Source: Candidatus Latescibacterota bacterium (GTDB lineage Bacteria; Latescibacterota; UBA2968; UBA8231). From it: DNA of 64,000 nucleotides. The translations under genes and the position numbers were made by a program. The stretch is from contig CBDETY010000003.1 of assembly GCA_965243025.1 (NCBI GenBank), forward strand, positions 6,208,001-6,272,000, given 5' to 3'. The notes under the pieces are model-generated. The model was not told where the DNA came from. It did not search any database and saw only the letters and a program-made list of their open reading frames with translations. Every line of letters begins with the position of its first letter. Position 1 is the first letter of the stretch. Shown here piece by piece: positions 18,956-28,342 of this stretch.

Positions 18956-19768
18956 GTGGCGAAAAAAGTTCTCATCACCGGAGTCTACGGCCTGATACCG
19001 GGGGTGGTCTACCGCCACCTGGAGCAGGTGGGCGGCTACGACCTGTATGCACTGGCGCGACGCAGGCAGCCATCGGAACGGGCGCCGAAAGAAACCGCCC
19101 CGTCGATTCCGGATGACCGTTTCTTCCTGGCCGATCTCGCAAATCTGGAAGCGGTCGAGCGGGCGGTTCAGGGAATGGACGTCGTCGTCCAGATGGCCGC
19201 GGACCCGCGGCCGGACGCCAACTGGGACAGCCTCCTGGCCAGCAACATCATCGGTGTGCGCAACGTGTTCGAGGCCGCGGTGCGGGGGGGCGTGAAAAGG
19301 GTGGTTTACGCCTCGTCGATCATGGTATCCTGGGGATACCACCTCGACCATCCCTACAAGGCCCTGTCCGAGGGGCGGTTCGACGACTTCGCCGGGACTC
19401 AGATCCATCCCGTGACCCACGAATGGCCGCACCGTCCCACGGGATTGTATCCGGCCACCAAGATCTGGGGAGAAGCACTGGCTCGATATACGGCCGACGT
19501 CCACGGCATCTCCTCCCTTTGTCTCCGCATCGGCTGGGTCAACGCCGAGGACCACCCCCAGAAGCCGGAATCGGGTGCCGTCTGGTGCAGCCAGCGGGAC
19601 GTCGCCCGGCTTACGCAGCGGGCGGTCGACGCGCCGGACGATCTCAAGTTCGACATCTTCTACGGGGTCTCCAACAACCGTTACCGCTGGGTCGACTTGG
19701 ATCACGCCAGGCAGGTCCTGGGATTCATACCCGAGGACAGCGCCGAAGAAGTGCTGACCGGCTCCTGA
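18956..19768 (+). CDS. NAD-dependent epimerase/dehydrogenase (uronate dehydrogenase-like)
   Basis: VLITGVYGLI, VVYASS, YPATK, CLRIG, FYGVSNN. Confidence 0.8.
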   Translation: MAKKVLITGVYGLIPGVVYRHLEQVGGYDLYALARRRQPSERAPKETAPSIPDDRFFLADLANLEAVERAVQGMDVVVQMAADPRPDANWDSLLASNIIGVRNVFEAAVRGGVKRVVYASSIMVSWGYHLDHPYKALSEGRFDDFAGTQIHPVTHEWPHRPTGLYPATKIWGEALARYTADVHGISSLCLRIGWVNAEDHPQKPESGAVWCSQRDVARLTQRAVDAPDDLKFDIFYGVSNNRYRWVDLDHARQVLGFIPEDSAEEVLTGS

Positions 19769-19947
19769 ACCGATTGGGTCCGCGCAAGGGGAGCTGGGAT
19801 GCGGTCGCTGAAATCCTCGCTTGCATGGGAAACCCTGCTCCGTGAGGGGAATTTGCGGTCGAACGATTCCCACCGGGTCAACACTGACGGAATGGTTCAC
19901 AGCGACCGCTTCCACGGCACTCTTCCCGCGCTGATCCTGCAGCCCTG

Positions 19948-21861
19948 ATGTTCAGCTCCAGCAGGTGGCCTGCGGCGGTGCTCGCCTTCGCGGGCTCCTT
20001 TGGCGTCTACCTCGCGACCCTGTGCCCGACCGTCTACGTCGAGGGCTCGGGAGAGCTGATCGGCGCCGTGCACGCCCTGGGCACACCTCACCCGACTGGA
20101 TATCCCCTGTTCGTCCTCGCGGGGCGCCTGTTTTCGGCGCTGCTGCCGTTCTTCGACAGCGTCGCCTACCGGATCAACGTCGCCACCGCGTTCACTGCCG
20201 CCCTGGCGGTCGCGGCGCTGTCCGCTTTCCTGAGAGACCGTGGCTGTCGTCCCTGGATCAGCCTGGCAGGGGGGCTCCTTTTCGCCTTCTCCGGGACCTT
20301 CTGGAGCAACGCCGTCGTCGCCGAGGTGTACGGCGCGAGCTTGCTCGGGGCAGTGGCGATGATCTGGCTCGGGTTGCGGGCTGCCGAGGTACCGGACCCG
20401 CGAAACCTCATGCTGGCGGGCTACGCTGCCGGAATGGCACTGACGACCCATCTCAGCCAGTCCCTGATTCTGCCCGGCCTGCTGTCGGCGTGGGCGTGGC
20501 ACTGGTACCGAGGACGGCCGAACCGGCCTCCTGCGGCGAAAGCCGCAGAGCTGACGGGGAGGGCCGCAAAGGTTGCCGCAGCTGCCATCCTCGGATACAG
20601 CCTGGTTCTGTACCTGCCGCTCCGCTCCTCACTGGGCCCGGGATTTCACTGGGGCCCCCTGGATACCCCCACCCTGTTCTGGGACCACATCACCGGCGCG
20701 GAGTACCGCTTCGCCTTCTTCTCCATGCCGGCAACCGGAATCCTGCTGAACGCGGGCCGCTGGCTGGAGCATCTGTTTTCCGCCTACACCCCGGCCCTCT
20801 GCCTCGTCGCGGTCTGGGGCCTGTGGGTGAGCGCCCGCCGCGACGGAACGACCGCATGGGTTGTCGGCACCACGGTCCTGATCAACCTCGCAGTGGCTCT
20901 GAACTACCACCGCGACCCGAACGGAATCGGTGTCTTCTTCCTGCTCAGCTTTCTCGGCGCCGCGGTTTTCATCGCATATGGGCTGGAAGACCTCTGCCTT
21001 CGCCTCGGACGTGTCTTCGGCCGCGGTGGAATTCCCGCGGCCGCGGCGGTTGCGGCTGTGGCGGTCGTTATGGCGATGAATTATCGCGAGGCGGACCGAA
21101 AGGGAATTGACATCGCCCACAGGTACGGCATGGACATCCTCGCCGGGCTGCCGCAGAACGCCATCCTCATAACCGAGGGTGACGATGCAAGCTTCATCGT
21201 CGACTACCTGAGCAGGGTCGAAGGAGCCAGGCCGGACGTGACCCTGTACATGCGGGCGGGAAGGGGAACCGACATCCTTCCCGCAAGTGCGCGCAACTTG
21301 AAACCGCGTGAGAAAGCGCGGGTGCGGCGAAGGATGATCAAACGCCTGGTGGAGGAGTCTGTCGCCGGCAGACCGGTGCATTTCCTCGCGCCTCGCGATC
21401 TTCCCGCCAAAGGGTTCGATTTCGTACCGGCGGGATTGTCGTACCGGGTTCTGAAGACGGGAACGAAGCTCGCTGCGGAAATGGCATCCCCGGATACCGC
21501 TGGCGCCGCCGCGGCGGGGGACCTGGCCGATCCCTGGGCGCGTATCATTCAGGCGAACTACTGGTTCAAGAGAGGGGAAAACCTGCTGTTCCGGGAGGAA
21601 AGGGAAGAGGCGCTGGTCGCTTTCGAGCGCGCCGCCGAGATTGCCCACGACTCGCGCACGATTCGCTACAACGTCGCCCTCAGGCTGGACGACCTCGGAA
21701 AGCACGACCGCGCCTGGGTGCACATCAAGGCGGCGATTGCCATCGATCCGATGATGCCGCAGGTGTACAAGCTCGCCGACCGGATCCTGCGCCGTGCGGG
21801 GAGGCGGCAGGAGCTGCCGGCGTTGCGCCGCGAGGCGGCGCGCTGGGGCCAGCCCACATGA
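19948..21861 (+). CDS. DUF2723/TMEM260-like GT-C membrane protein with C-terminal TPR
   Basis: YLATLCPTV..SGEL..LGTPHPTGYPLF, FWSNAVVAEVY, EGDDASF, helical TPR-like tail. Confidence 0.85.
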   Translation: MFSSSRWPAAVLAFAGSFGVYLATLCPTVYVEGSGELIGAVHALGTPHPTGYPLFVLAGRLFSALLPFFDSVAYRINVATAFTAALAVAALSAFLRDRGCRPWISLAGGLLFAFSGTFWSNAVVAEVYGASLLGAVAMIWLGLRAAEVPDPRNLMLAGYAAGMALTTHLSQSLILPGLLSAWAWHWYRGRPNRPPAAKAAELTGRAAKVAAAAILGYSLVLYLPLRSSLGPGFHWGPLDTPTLFWDHITGAEYRFAFFSMPATGILLNAGRWLEHLFSAYTPALCLVAVWGLWVSARRDGTTAWVVGTTVLINLAVALNYHRDPNGIGVFFLLSFLGAAVFIAYGLEDLCLRLGRVFGRGGIPAAAAVAAVAVVMAMNYREADRKGIDIAHRYGMDILAGLPQNAILITEGDDASFIVDYLSRVEGARPDVTLYMRAGRGTDILPASARNLKPREKARVRRRMIKRLVEESVAGRPVHFLAPRDLPAKGFDFVPAGLSYRVLKTGTKLAAEMASPDTAGAAAAGDLADPWARIIQANYWFKRGENLLFREEREEALVAFERAAEIAHDSRTIRYNVALRLDDLGKHDRAWVHIKAAIAIDPMMPQVYKLADRILRRAGRRQELPALRREAARWGQPT

Positions 21862-21950
21862 CTTTTCTCCCTCCGAGAACCCCACCTCCCTTGGATCTAC
21901 ATCGTTGAGGAGTTCGATAACCTTCCCGAAGCGAAGTCAGGTGTACGGCG

Positions 21951-23150
21951 ATGGTAATTTCAGGTTTCCTTTGCTGTACATTGGCTTTCCTTTTTTCGCA
22001 AATTGCCCTCGTCGGAACGGGCAATGCAGTAGACGACGATGACCTCGGCGGCCCGGGAATTTCAGGTCGAGGATGCAGTCCGCTACTGTCAATGGTCGGG
22101 ATTGCGCTTGCCCACCAGCCGAATGGGAGAAAGCCGCCCGCGGCGTGGCCGGTCACCGATACCCTTGGGGAGATCGGCCGCCGGGTGCGGCGGGTGACTG
22201 CGACCGCGCCATAATGATGCGGATCGGCCTGGGTCTGGGTTGCGAATACGACTGCACCGGGCCGGTGGGCACGCGCCGAAACGGGGCGAGTGTCCACGGG
22301 GGCGACGACATGGCGGGCAACGTCTGGGAATGGGTTGCCGATTCGTACGACCGCGACTACTATGAACGCAGCCCCGAAGCCAACCCCGTCAACCTTTCGG
22401 AAACCGGCTTCAAAGTGGTGCGCGGGAATTCCTGGTATTACGTGGAAGCCGACCCCGATATGCGTTCGGCCAATCCCTACCGGTTCAGACCCCACCGCTG
22501 GCACCCGCTGGTTGGCGTGCGCTGCGCACGCTCGACTCAGGGGAGCCCGTTCGATCTCGCCTTCGAACTCGAGGCTGTGTCGCCGGCCGAGTACTCCCAC
22601 TGGATGCGGCGCAACCGGGCGGCCATGGCTGCCGAGGGGGACACCATCCCCGGCGCAGGAGATATGGAGCATCCCGTCGGAGAGATGGTATTCATCGCAG
22701 CCGGGGAGTTCATCCGGGGCAGGGAAAACGGCGAAAGCGACGAGAGGCCGCAACGCACGGTCTGGGTCGATGCCTGTTTCATCGACCGTTTCGAGGTGAC
22801 CGCCGGCGAGTACCGGAAATGCGTGGAGGAGGATCGGTGCACCCCCGCACATAGCGGTCCCCGTCTGTACCGGCTCGCTTTTGAAGACCACTACACGAAC
22901 TGGAACAGGGGCCAGCCCGTACGGCGTTATGGATATGTCGGGAAACGTCTGGGAATGGGTTCAGGACTGGTGGGACGGCGGTTACTATGGTAGGGGTCCA
23001 GCGGAAAACCCCCAACACCGAAGAGGGGGATGGCTGCAAGATCCTGCGCGGCGGTTCGTTCGCCGGTCAGTACGGCCGAATTCACTCGGCGACCAACCGC
23101 CCGGGATGCGATCCGAACCAAGCACTATGACTGCACCATTGGATTAACTG
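21951..23150 (+). pseudogene. Degraded tandem FGE-sulfatase (SUMF1-like) domain gene
   Basis: Conserved motifs are split across frames: signal peptide; EDAVRYCQWSGLRLPT then a shift to AEWEKAARG; DMAGNVWEW; a second domain with a deletion before ASPYGVMDMSGNVWEW; a shift to KILRGGSF. Confidence 0.75.
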
Positions 23151-23158
23151 TGCCCGGG

Positions 23159-24346
23159 ATGGAGACTCCTGATAAACAGGGGCCGCCTTTGCGGGTCCTC
23201 CACGTCATCACCAACCTGCACCTGGGCGGTGCCCAGATATCCGTAGTGGGCATATGCGAGGGCCTGCGAAAGTGTGGAATCGACGTGCAGGTTGCCTGCT
23301 CCCCGGTGGGCGCAGGCGGCAACCTCCTGCGTCGTCTCGGTGAAAGCCGAATCGCCATCCACGAGGTCCCGCAGATGACTCGGGAACCGGCGCCCTGGAA
23401 GGACCTTCGGGCTTTGCTCCGGCTGTGCCAGGTCATCCGCGACGTCCGCCCCGACGTGGTTCACACCCACCTGTCCAAGGCCGGTGTTCTGGGCCGACTG
23501 GCCGCCCGTATCGCTGGCGTGCCCCACGTCGTGCACAGCATCCGGACCTGGTCGTTCTACGCGCCCACCTCACGGCTGAAGAAGAGCATGTACGTGGCCG
23601 TGGAGTCACTGGCGAGCCGCCTCACCGACCGCTTCGTGGCGGTATCCCGGCAGCTGATCCGCGACGGCCTGGATTCCGGCCTGGGCCTGCGCGAGCGAAG
23701 TACCGTCATCCGGTCCGGGATCTGTCCGGGCCGCTTCCGGGGTGCTCTCGACGAAAGGGACCGGCGGCGGGGGGAGCTGGGCCTGGATGCCGATGCCGCC
23801 CTCGTCGGTACGGTCATGAGGCTGGAGCCGGCCAAAGCGCCCGGGGACTTCGTGCTCGCCTGTGCCCGCATCGCCGCCCAGGCACCGGCGACCCGATTCC
23901 TCCTGGTGGGAGACGGTTGCCTCCATGACGAGGTTTCGGCGGAACTGCGCAGCTGCGGGCTTGCGGACCGTGTCCAACGTCTGGGCGCCCGCGGAGACGT
24001 CGACCGCCTCCTGCCCCTGATGGACGTCTTTCTGCTGACCTCGCGGTGGGAAGGGATGCCCCGAGTGGTGATGGAGGCCGTGGCCGCCGGCGTGCCGGTC
24101 GTCTCGACCCGGGTCGGGGGGGTGCCCGAGCTCATCCAGCATGGCGTGTCCGGCCTGCTGGCACCCATTGGAGACGTCCAGTGCCTGGCCGCACACGTTT
24201 TGCGCCTGTTGGCGGATCCCGCCCTGGGACGCGATCTGGCCCGAGCTGCAAGCCAGCGGCTCGGCGAGGAGTACGACCTCGACCGGGTGGTCTTGGACCA
24301 CGTCCGGCTCTACGAACGGCTCGCCGCCCCCGGTGCGTCCCGATGA
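23159..24346 (+). CDS. GT4 family glycosyltransferase
   Basis: HVITNLHLGGAQ, HTHLSKAG, SRWEGMPRVVMEA. Confidence 0.9.
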   Translation: METPDKQGPPLRVLHVITNLHLGGAQISVVGICEGLRKCGIDVQVACSPVGAGGNLLRRLGESRIAIHEVPQMTREPAPWKDLRALLRLCQVIRDVRPDVVHTHLSKAGVLGRLAARIAGVPHVVHSIRTWSFYAPTSRLKKSMYVAVESLASRLTDRFVAVSRQLIRDGLDSGLGLRERSTVIRSGICPGRFRGALDERDRRRGELGLDADAALVGTVMRLEPAKAPGDFVLACARIAAQAPATRFLLVGDGCLHDEVSAELRSCGLADRVQRLGARGDVDRLLPLMDVFLLTSRWEGMPRVVMEAVAAGVPVVSTRVGGVPELIQHGVSGLLAPIGDVQCLAAHVLRLLADPALGRDLARAASQRLGEEYDLDRVVLDHVRLYERLAAPGASR

Positions 24347-25176
24347 CGGCACAGCGTCTTGTAGCCGTTACCGGCGGCCTGGGTTTCATCGGCTCGGCGG
24401 TGATGCGTGAGCTCGAGGCGCGCGGGTACCGCGCCTTCCCCATCGACCGGGCAGCGGGAGGAGACCTGCTGCGGGATGATCTGCCGGCGCTTCTGGGGGA
24501 TTGCTGCGCGGTGATTCACCTGGCGGGGATTCTGGGCACGGCGGAGCTTTTCCAGTCCGTCGACGAGGCGATCGATACCAACATCAAGGGAACGGTCCGC
24601 GTCCTCGAAGCTTGCCAGGCCAAGGGCTTTGCCTACGTCGGGATCACCCTGCCCGAGCATTGGGACAACGTCTATTCGGCGACGAAAAAGTGCGCCAGAC
24701 AACTCGCCTCTGCCTGGCACCGTCACTGCGGCGTGCGCGTGAGCCACGTGCGCGCTTTCAATGTCTTCGGACCGGGTCAGAAGACCACGGGGGTCCAGAA
24801 GATCATACCGACCTTTGCCGAATGCGCCTGGCGCGGCCAGCCTTTGCCCATCTGGGGGGACGGCACGCAACGGGTGGATCTAGTCCACGTCGAAGACGTA
24901 GCCCGCATGATGGCCGACGCCCTCCGCTTCGGCGACAACGAGCTCTTCGACGCGGCTACCGGCCAGCTGTTCACCGTCAACGAGGTGGCGCGGATGGTGC
25001 TGGAAATCACCGGCTCCCGTTCTCCTCTCGAGTACTTGCCGATGCGAAAAGGGGAGCACGCCGTCCGGGAGGTGGAAAACACCGGCGCCGGATGGGACCT
25101 GCTGCCGTGGCGGCCCCGCTTCGATTTCGAGCGCCTGCGCGGCACGGTGGAGTCCTACCGACCCACCGGCCGATAG
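24343..25176 (+). CDS. NAD-dependent nucleotide-sugar epimerase/dehydratase
   Basis: VTGGLGFIG, HLAG, YSATK, RAFNVFGPGQ, WGDGTQRVDLVHVED. Confidence 0.85.
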   Translation: MTAQRLVAVTGGLGFIGSAVMRELEARGYRAFPIDRAAGGDLLRDDLPALLGDCCAVIHLAGILGTAELFQSVDEAIDTNIKGTVRVLEACQAKGFAYVGITLPEHWDNVYSATKKCARQLASAWHRHCGVRVSHVRAFNVFGPGQKTTGVQKIIPTFAECAWRGQPLPIWGDGTQRVDLVHVEDVARMMADALRFGDNELFDAATGQLFTVNEVARMVLEITGSRSPLEYLPMRKGEHAVREVENTGAGWDLLPWRPRFDFERLRGTVESYRPTGR

Positions 25177-25185
25177 GAACCGTTC

Positions 25186-25860
25186 GTGGCCGCAGCGAGT
25201 TCGGATGGCCTTGGAGCCTGGGCGGGTCAGAAGATCCTGGTCGCCGTCGCCCATCCCGACGATGAGGCGATCGCGTGCGGGGGTACAATCGCCAGGGCGG
25301 CGGCCCTCGGGTGCCAGTGCCGGGTCCTGTTGCCGTTTCGCCGTTGCGATCCCCGCGGCCGGAGAAACTGGCAGGCCCTGATCGGCGCTTTCGAGCGCTC
25401 CTGCGATACCCTGGGCGCGGTGCCCGTCCTCCCCGCGCACCTGATTGACGAGCGCCGGGCCGAGACCGACCTCGCCGAAGTGCACGACCTGATTGTCCCC
25501 GAGGTCGAGTGGGCCGACCGGGTCCTCACTCACTGGTGGGGAGACGCCAACCAGGTCCATCGCGGGCTCTCCCGCGCCGTGGAAGTGGCCACCCGGCCCT
25601 TCCGGAGGCGCCGGGACGTCCTGCTTTTCGAAGTGGCCACCTCGACAGACCAGGTGTTCTCGAATGCTTTCACGCCGAATGCGTTCGTTCTGCTGAAGGC
25701 CGCCCATGTCGAGGCCAAGTGCGCGGCCATGGAACAGTACAGCACCGAGTTCGAGCCGGGGCGCCTGCCCGACGACCTGCGCCTCAAGGCCCGGGTCCGG
25801 GGAGCCGAGGCCGGGACCGAGTATGCCGAAGCGTTCGCTATGGCCCGGACGTTCCTGTGA
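25186..25860 (+). CDS. PIG-L/LmbE family N-deacetylase
   Basis: AHPDDEAIACGG, RGAEAGTEYAEAF. Confidence 0.85.
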   Translation: MAAASSDGLGAWAGQKILVAVAHPDDEAIACGGTIARAAALGCQCRVLLPFRRCDPRGRRNWQALIGAFERSCDTLGAVPVLPAHLIDERRAETDLAEVHDLIVPEVEWADRVLTHWWGDANQVHRGLSRAVEVATRPFRRRRDVLLFEVATSTDQVFSNAFTPNAFVLLKAAHVEAKCAAMEQYSTEFEPGRLPDDLRLKARVRGAEAGTEYAEAFAMARTFL

Positions 25861-26498
25861 CGGTTCCCGGGCCGGGACGATGGGCCCTGTTCTGGAAGCG
25901 CGCCCTCGATCTCCTCATCGCCGTTCCCCTGCTGCTGCTGGCCGCGCCTCTCCTGCTCCTGGTGTCGGTACCCGTGTGGTTGCTCGACCGCGGCCCCGTC
26001 CTGTTCCGCCAGCAGCGGGAGGGCCTTCAAGGCCGTCGCTTCACCCTGTGGAAGCTGCGCACCATGTACCGGCGAGCCGACGATATCCTCGAATCCTGCC
26101 TTGGACGTCACCCGGAGGCGCAAGCCGAGTGGCAGGCTTACTGCCGACTGCGCGATGACCCTCGAGTTTTGCCGCTCGTCGGCCGCCTCGCCCGCCGCTT
26201 CAGCATCGACGAGCTGCCGCAGCTCTGGAATGTCATCGAGGGCAGCATGAGCCTGGTCGGTCCGCGGCCGGTCGCCGTGGACCACCTCCCCTACCTGCGG
26301 CCCCGGTATCGCCGCCTCCGCGCTCGCGTGAAGCCGGGCCTTACCGGCCTGTGGCAGGTCTCGGGCCGAAGCGACCTGGAGCTGGCGAGAATGGAAGGGA
26401 TGGACGCTTTGTACGTGCGGCGCTTCTCCTTCCGGCTCGACCTGTGGATCCTGTGGCGGACGGTTCCGGCGGTTCTGTCAGGCCGCGGCGCCTATTGA
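25857..26498 (+). CDS. Priming polyprenol-phosphate phosphoglycosyltransferase (Bac_transf, WbaP/PglC-like)
   Basis: [43 protein letters not shown]. Confidence 0.9.
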   Translation: MTVPGPGRWALFWKRALDLLIAVPLLLLAAPLLLLVSVPVWLLDRGPVLFRQQREGLQGRRFTLWKLRTMYRRADDILESCLGRHPEAQAEWQAYCRLRDDPRVLPLVGRLARRFSIDELPQLWNVIEGSMSLVGPRPVAVDHLPYLRPRYRRLRARVKPGLTGLWQVSGRSDLELARMEGMDALYVRRFSFRLDLWILWRTVPAVLSGRGAY

Positions 26499-26811
26499 AT
26501 CCGGGTCTTCGCAAGGCCGGTGCGGCCGGACGGTGGGAGCTGGCGCGCCGTCAGCGGAACGAGGAGACGTAACCGAACCCGGGCGGACGATGGAGGAGCG
26601 TCCGCAGGATGCTGCGGGAACAGAAGTACGGTGATTCATCTCGAGAATCCATACCGGGTCTACCACCCTTTGTCTGTGACCGTCCAAATGGACCACGCAT
26701 GATCGCCCTGCCATTCCGCGATTCCACCCGCCGCCATTCCGGCGTTCAACACGGTTCTCATCCTCTTGCAAGGAATCGGGTAGCCGTCCAGACAGGACGC
26801 GGGGAAACGGG

Positions 26812-28287
26812 ATGACCCCGGCCCGGGCGCAGCATTGGTTCGAACCCGGCGACAGCCGGTTGATCGGGGCGGCCTGCGCGCTCATCTGCGCCGTCGTTGT
26901 GGGGCCGGTATTCTGGTTTGCCCATTTAGCCCCGCTGTTCGCCACGGCCCTGCTGACGGCGGGTGTCATGCTGTTCTCGGTCAGGCGCGCGCTGGTCGTC
27001 CTTCTCGTGGCGACCGCGGTGACCCCGGGGCCGGTGCTGGAGTTTCTGCGCATTCCCCTCGGGTTCAAGCCGACCGAGGTGCTGTTGATGGCCACCCTGC
27101 TGTTTCTGGCGATCGACGTCGTATGGGCGCGCCGCCTGCGGGTGGCGACCACCGGCGTCGACGGTCTCGTCGCCGCCTTCCTTGCCGTCGCCCTGTTTTC
27201 CGGCCTGCTCGGGGCGTACTACGGCAACGAGAACGGGACCATCCTCCGCAATCTCCGCTACCCGCTCTACTACGTCGCCTTCTTCGCCGCCACCCAGGCG
27301 TTCTCCCCCCGGGACGGGGCGCGCCTGATCGCACCGATCCTCATGCTCGTCGGTCCGGTGGTGGGAATGACCTACATCTTCGAGTTCCTCGGCGCCATCG
27401 ACCTGTCGACCGGGAAACGCTTCTTCCGCGTCATGGGGCCGCAGGGAGTGGTATTGCCGGTGGCCATGCTGGTAATCGCAAACCTCCTGATTCACGACCC
27501 GCGGCGTTTCGGGCGCCTGCTGCCGGCCCTGGCGTTTTTGCCCACCGGGCTGGCGTTCGTTCTGACCGTGGGCCGGGGAATGTGGGTCGCCTTCGCGGTC
27601 GGCTTGGCAGCGACTTTGTGGATCAGTCACCGCAGCCGGCCCCGCGGGGCCCGCCAGGCCTGGGGGGCCGCAGTTCCCGCCGCGGCGGTGGTGGCCGTTC
27701 TCCTGGCATCGGTGCTGGTTTTCCAGCGCTTCACCGGGGCCGCGGTCAGCGCCCACGCCCTCGAACGCTCGCGCACCTTCGTCGACGTCAGCCGCGACGT
27801 GCAGGTGTTGGGGCGCCTCATGGGCTATTCCGAGGTGCTGCAAGCGATTGCCGAGCGCCCGGTTTTCGGAAGCGGCCAGGGCAGGATTCTCAAGCTTTTC
27901 GCCTTCGATCCGGAAGAGGGCCGCTTCGAGACCTGGGAGGCCTGGACCGTGGACAGCCTGTATTTGACCCTTTGGCTGAAGATGGGTCTGCCCGGACTGA
28001 TCCTCTTTGCGCTGTTGTATCTGAAGCTGTTGCGCATTTCATGGGGGCAGAGTCACGCTGCGAGCCCTCCGGACCGGCGCGCCTTCGCGGCAGGGGCCTT
28101 CAGCGTTATGGTGGCGATGGGGGTTCTGGGCATCTCCGACGGCTCGATGATCAACGGCCGCTTCGCGGTCCTGTTCGCGATTCTGTTCGCCGCGGTGGCG
28201 CGCGGCGCAACGGACCCTTCCCCCGCAACCGATCAGCGCATTGCATCTTCTCGAGGGGTGGTCCCGGCGAAGCGGAGAGTTCCTTGA
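26812..28287 (+). CDS. O-antigen ligase/Wzy-like membrane protein
   Basis: About 12 TM segments; LTVGRGMWVAF, RPVFGSGQG, DSLYLTLWLKMGLPG. Confidence 0.75.
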   Translation: MTPARAQHWFEPGDSRLIGAACALICAVVVGPVFWFAHLAPLFATALLTAGVMLFSVRRALVVLLVATAVTPGPVLEFLRIPLGFKPTEVLLMATLLFLAIDVVWARRLRVATTGVDGLVAAFLAVALFSGLLGAYYGNENGTILRNLRYPLYYVAFFAATQAFSPRDGARLIAPILMLVGPVVGMTYIFEFLGAIDLSTGKRFFRVMGPQGVVLPVAMLVIANLLIHDPRRFGRLLPALAFLPTGLAFVLTVGRGMWVAFAVGLAATLWISHRSRPRGARQAWGAAVPAAAVVAVLLASVLVFQRFTGAAVSAHALERSRTFVDVSRDVQVLGRLMGYSEVLQAIAERPVFGSGQGRILKLFAFDPEEGRFETWEAWTVDSLYLTLWLKMGLPGLILFALLYLKLLRISWGQSHAASPPDRRAFAAGAFSVMVAMGVLGISDGSMINGRFAVLFAILFAAVARGATDPSPATDQRIASSRGVVPAKRRVP

Positions 28288-28342
28288 ATCGCCGGGGTGA
28301 TGGAGACTACCGGGGGTTCCCCGGCCCGCACCGCTCAACACA

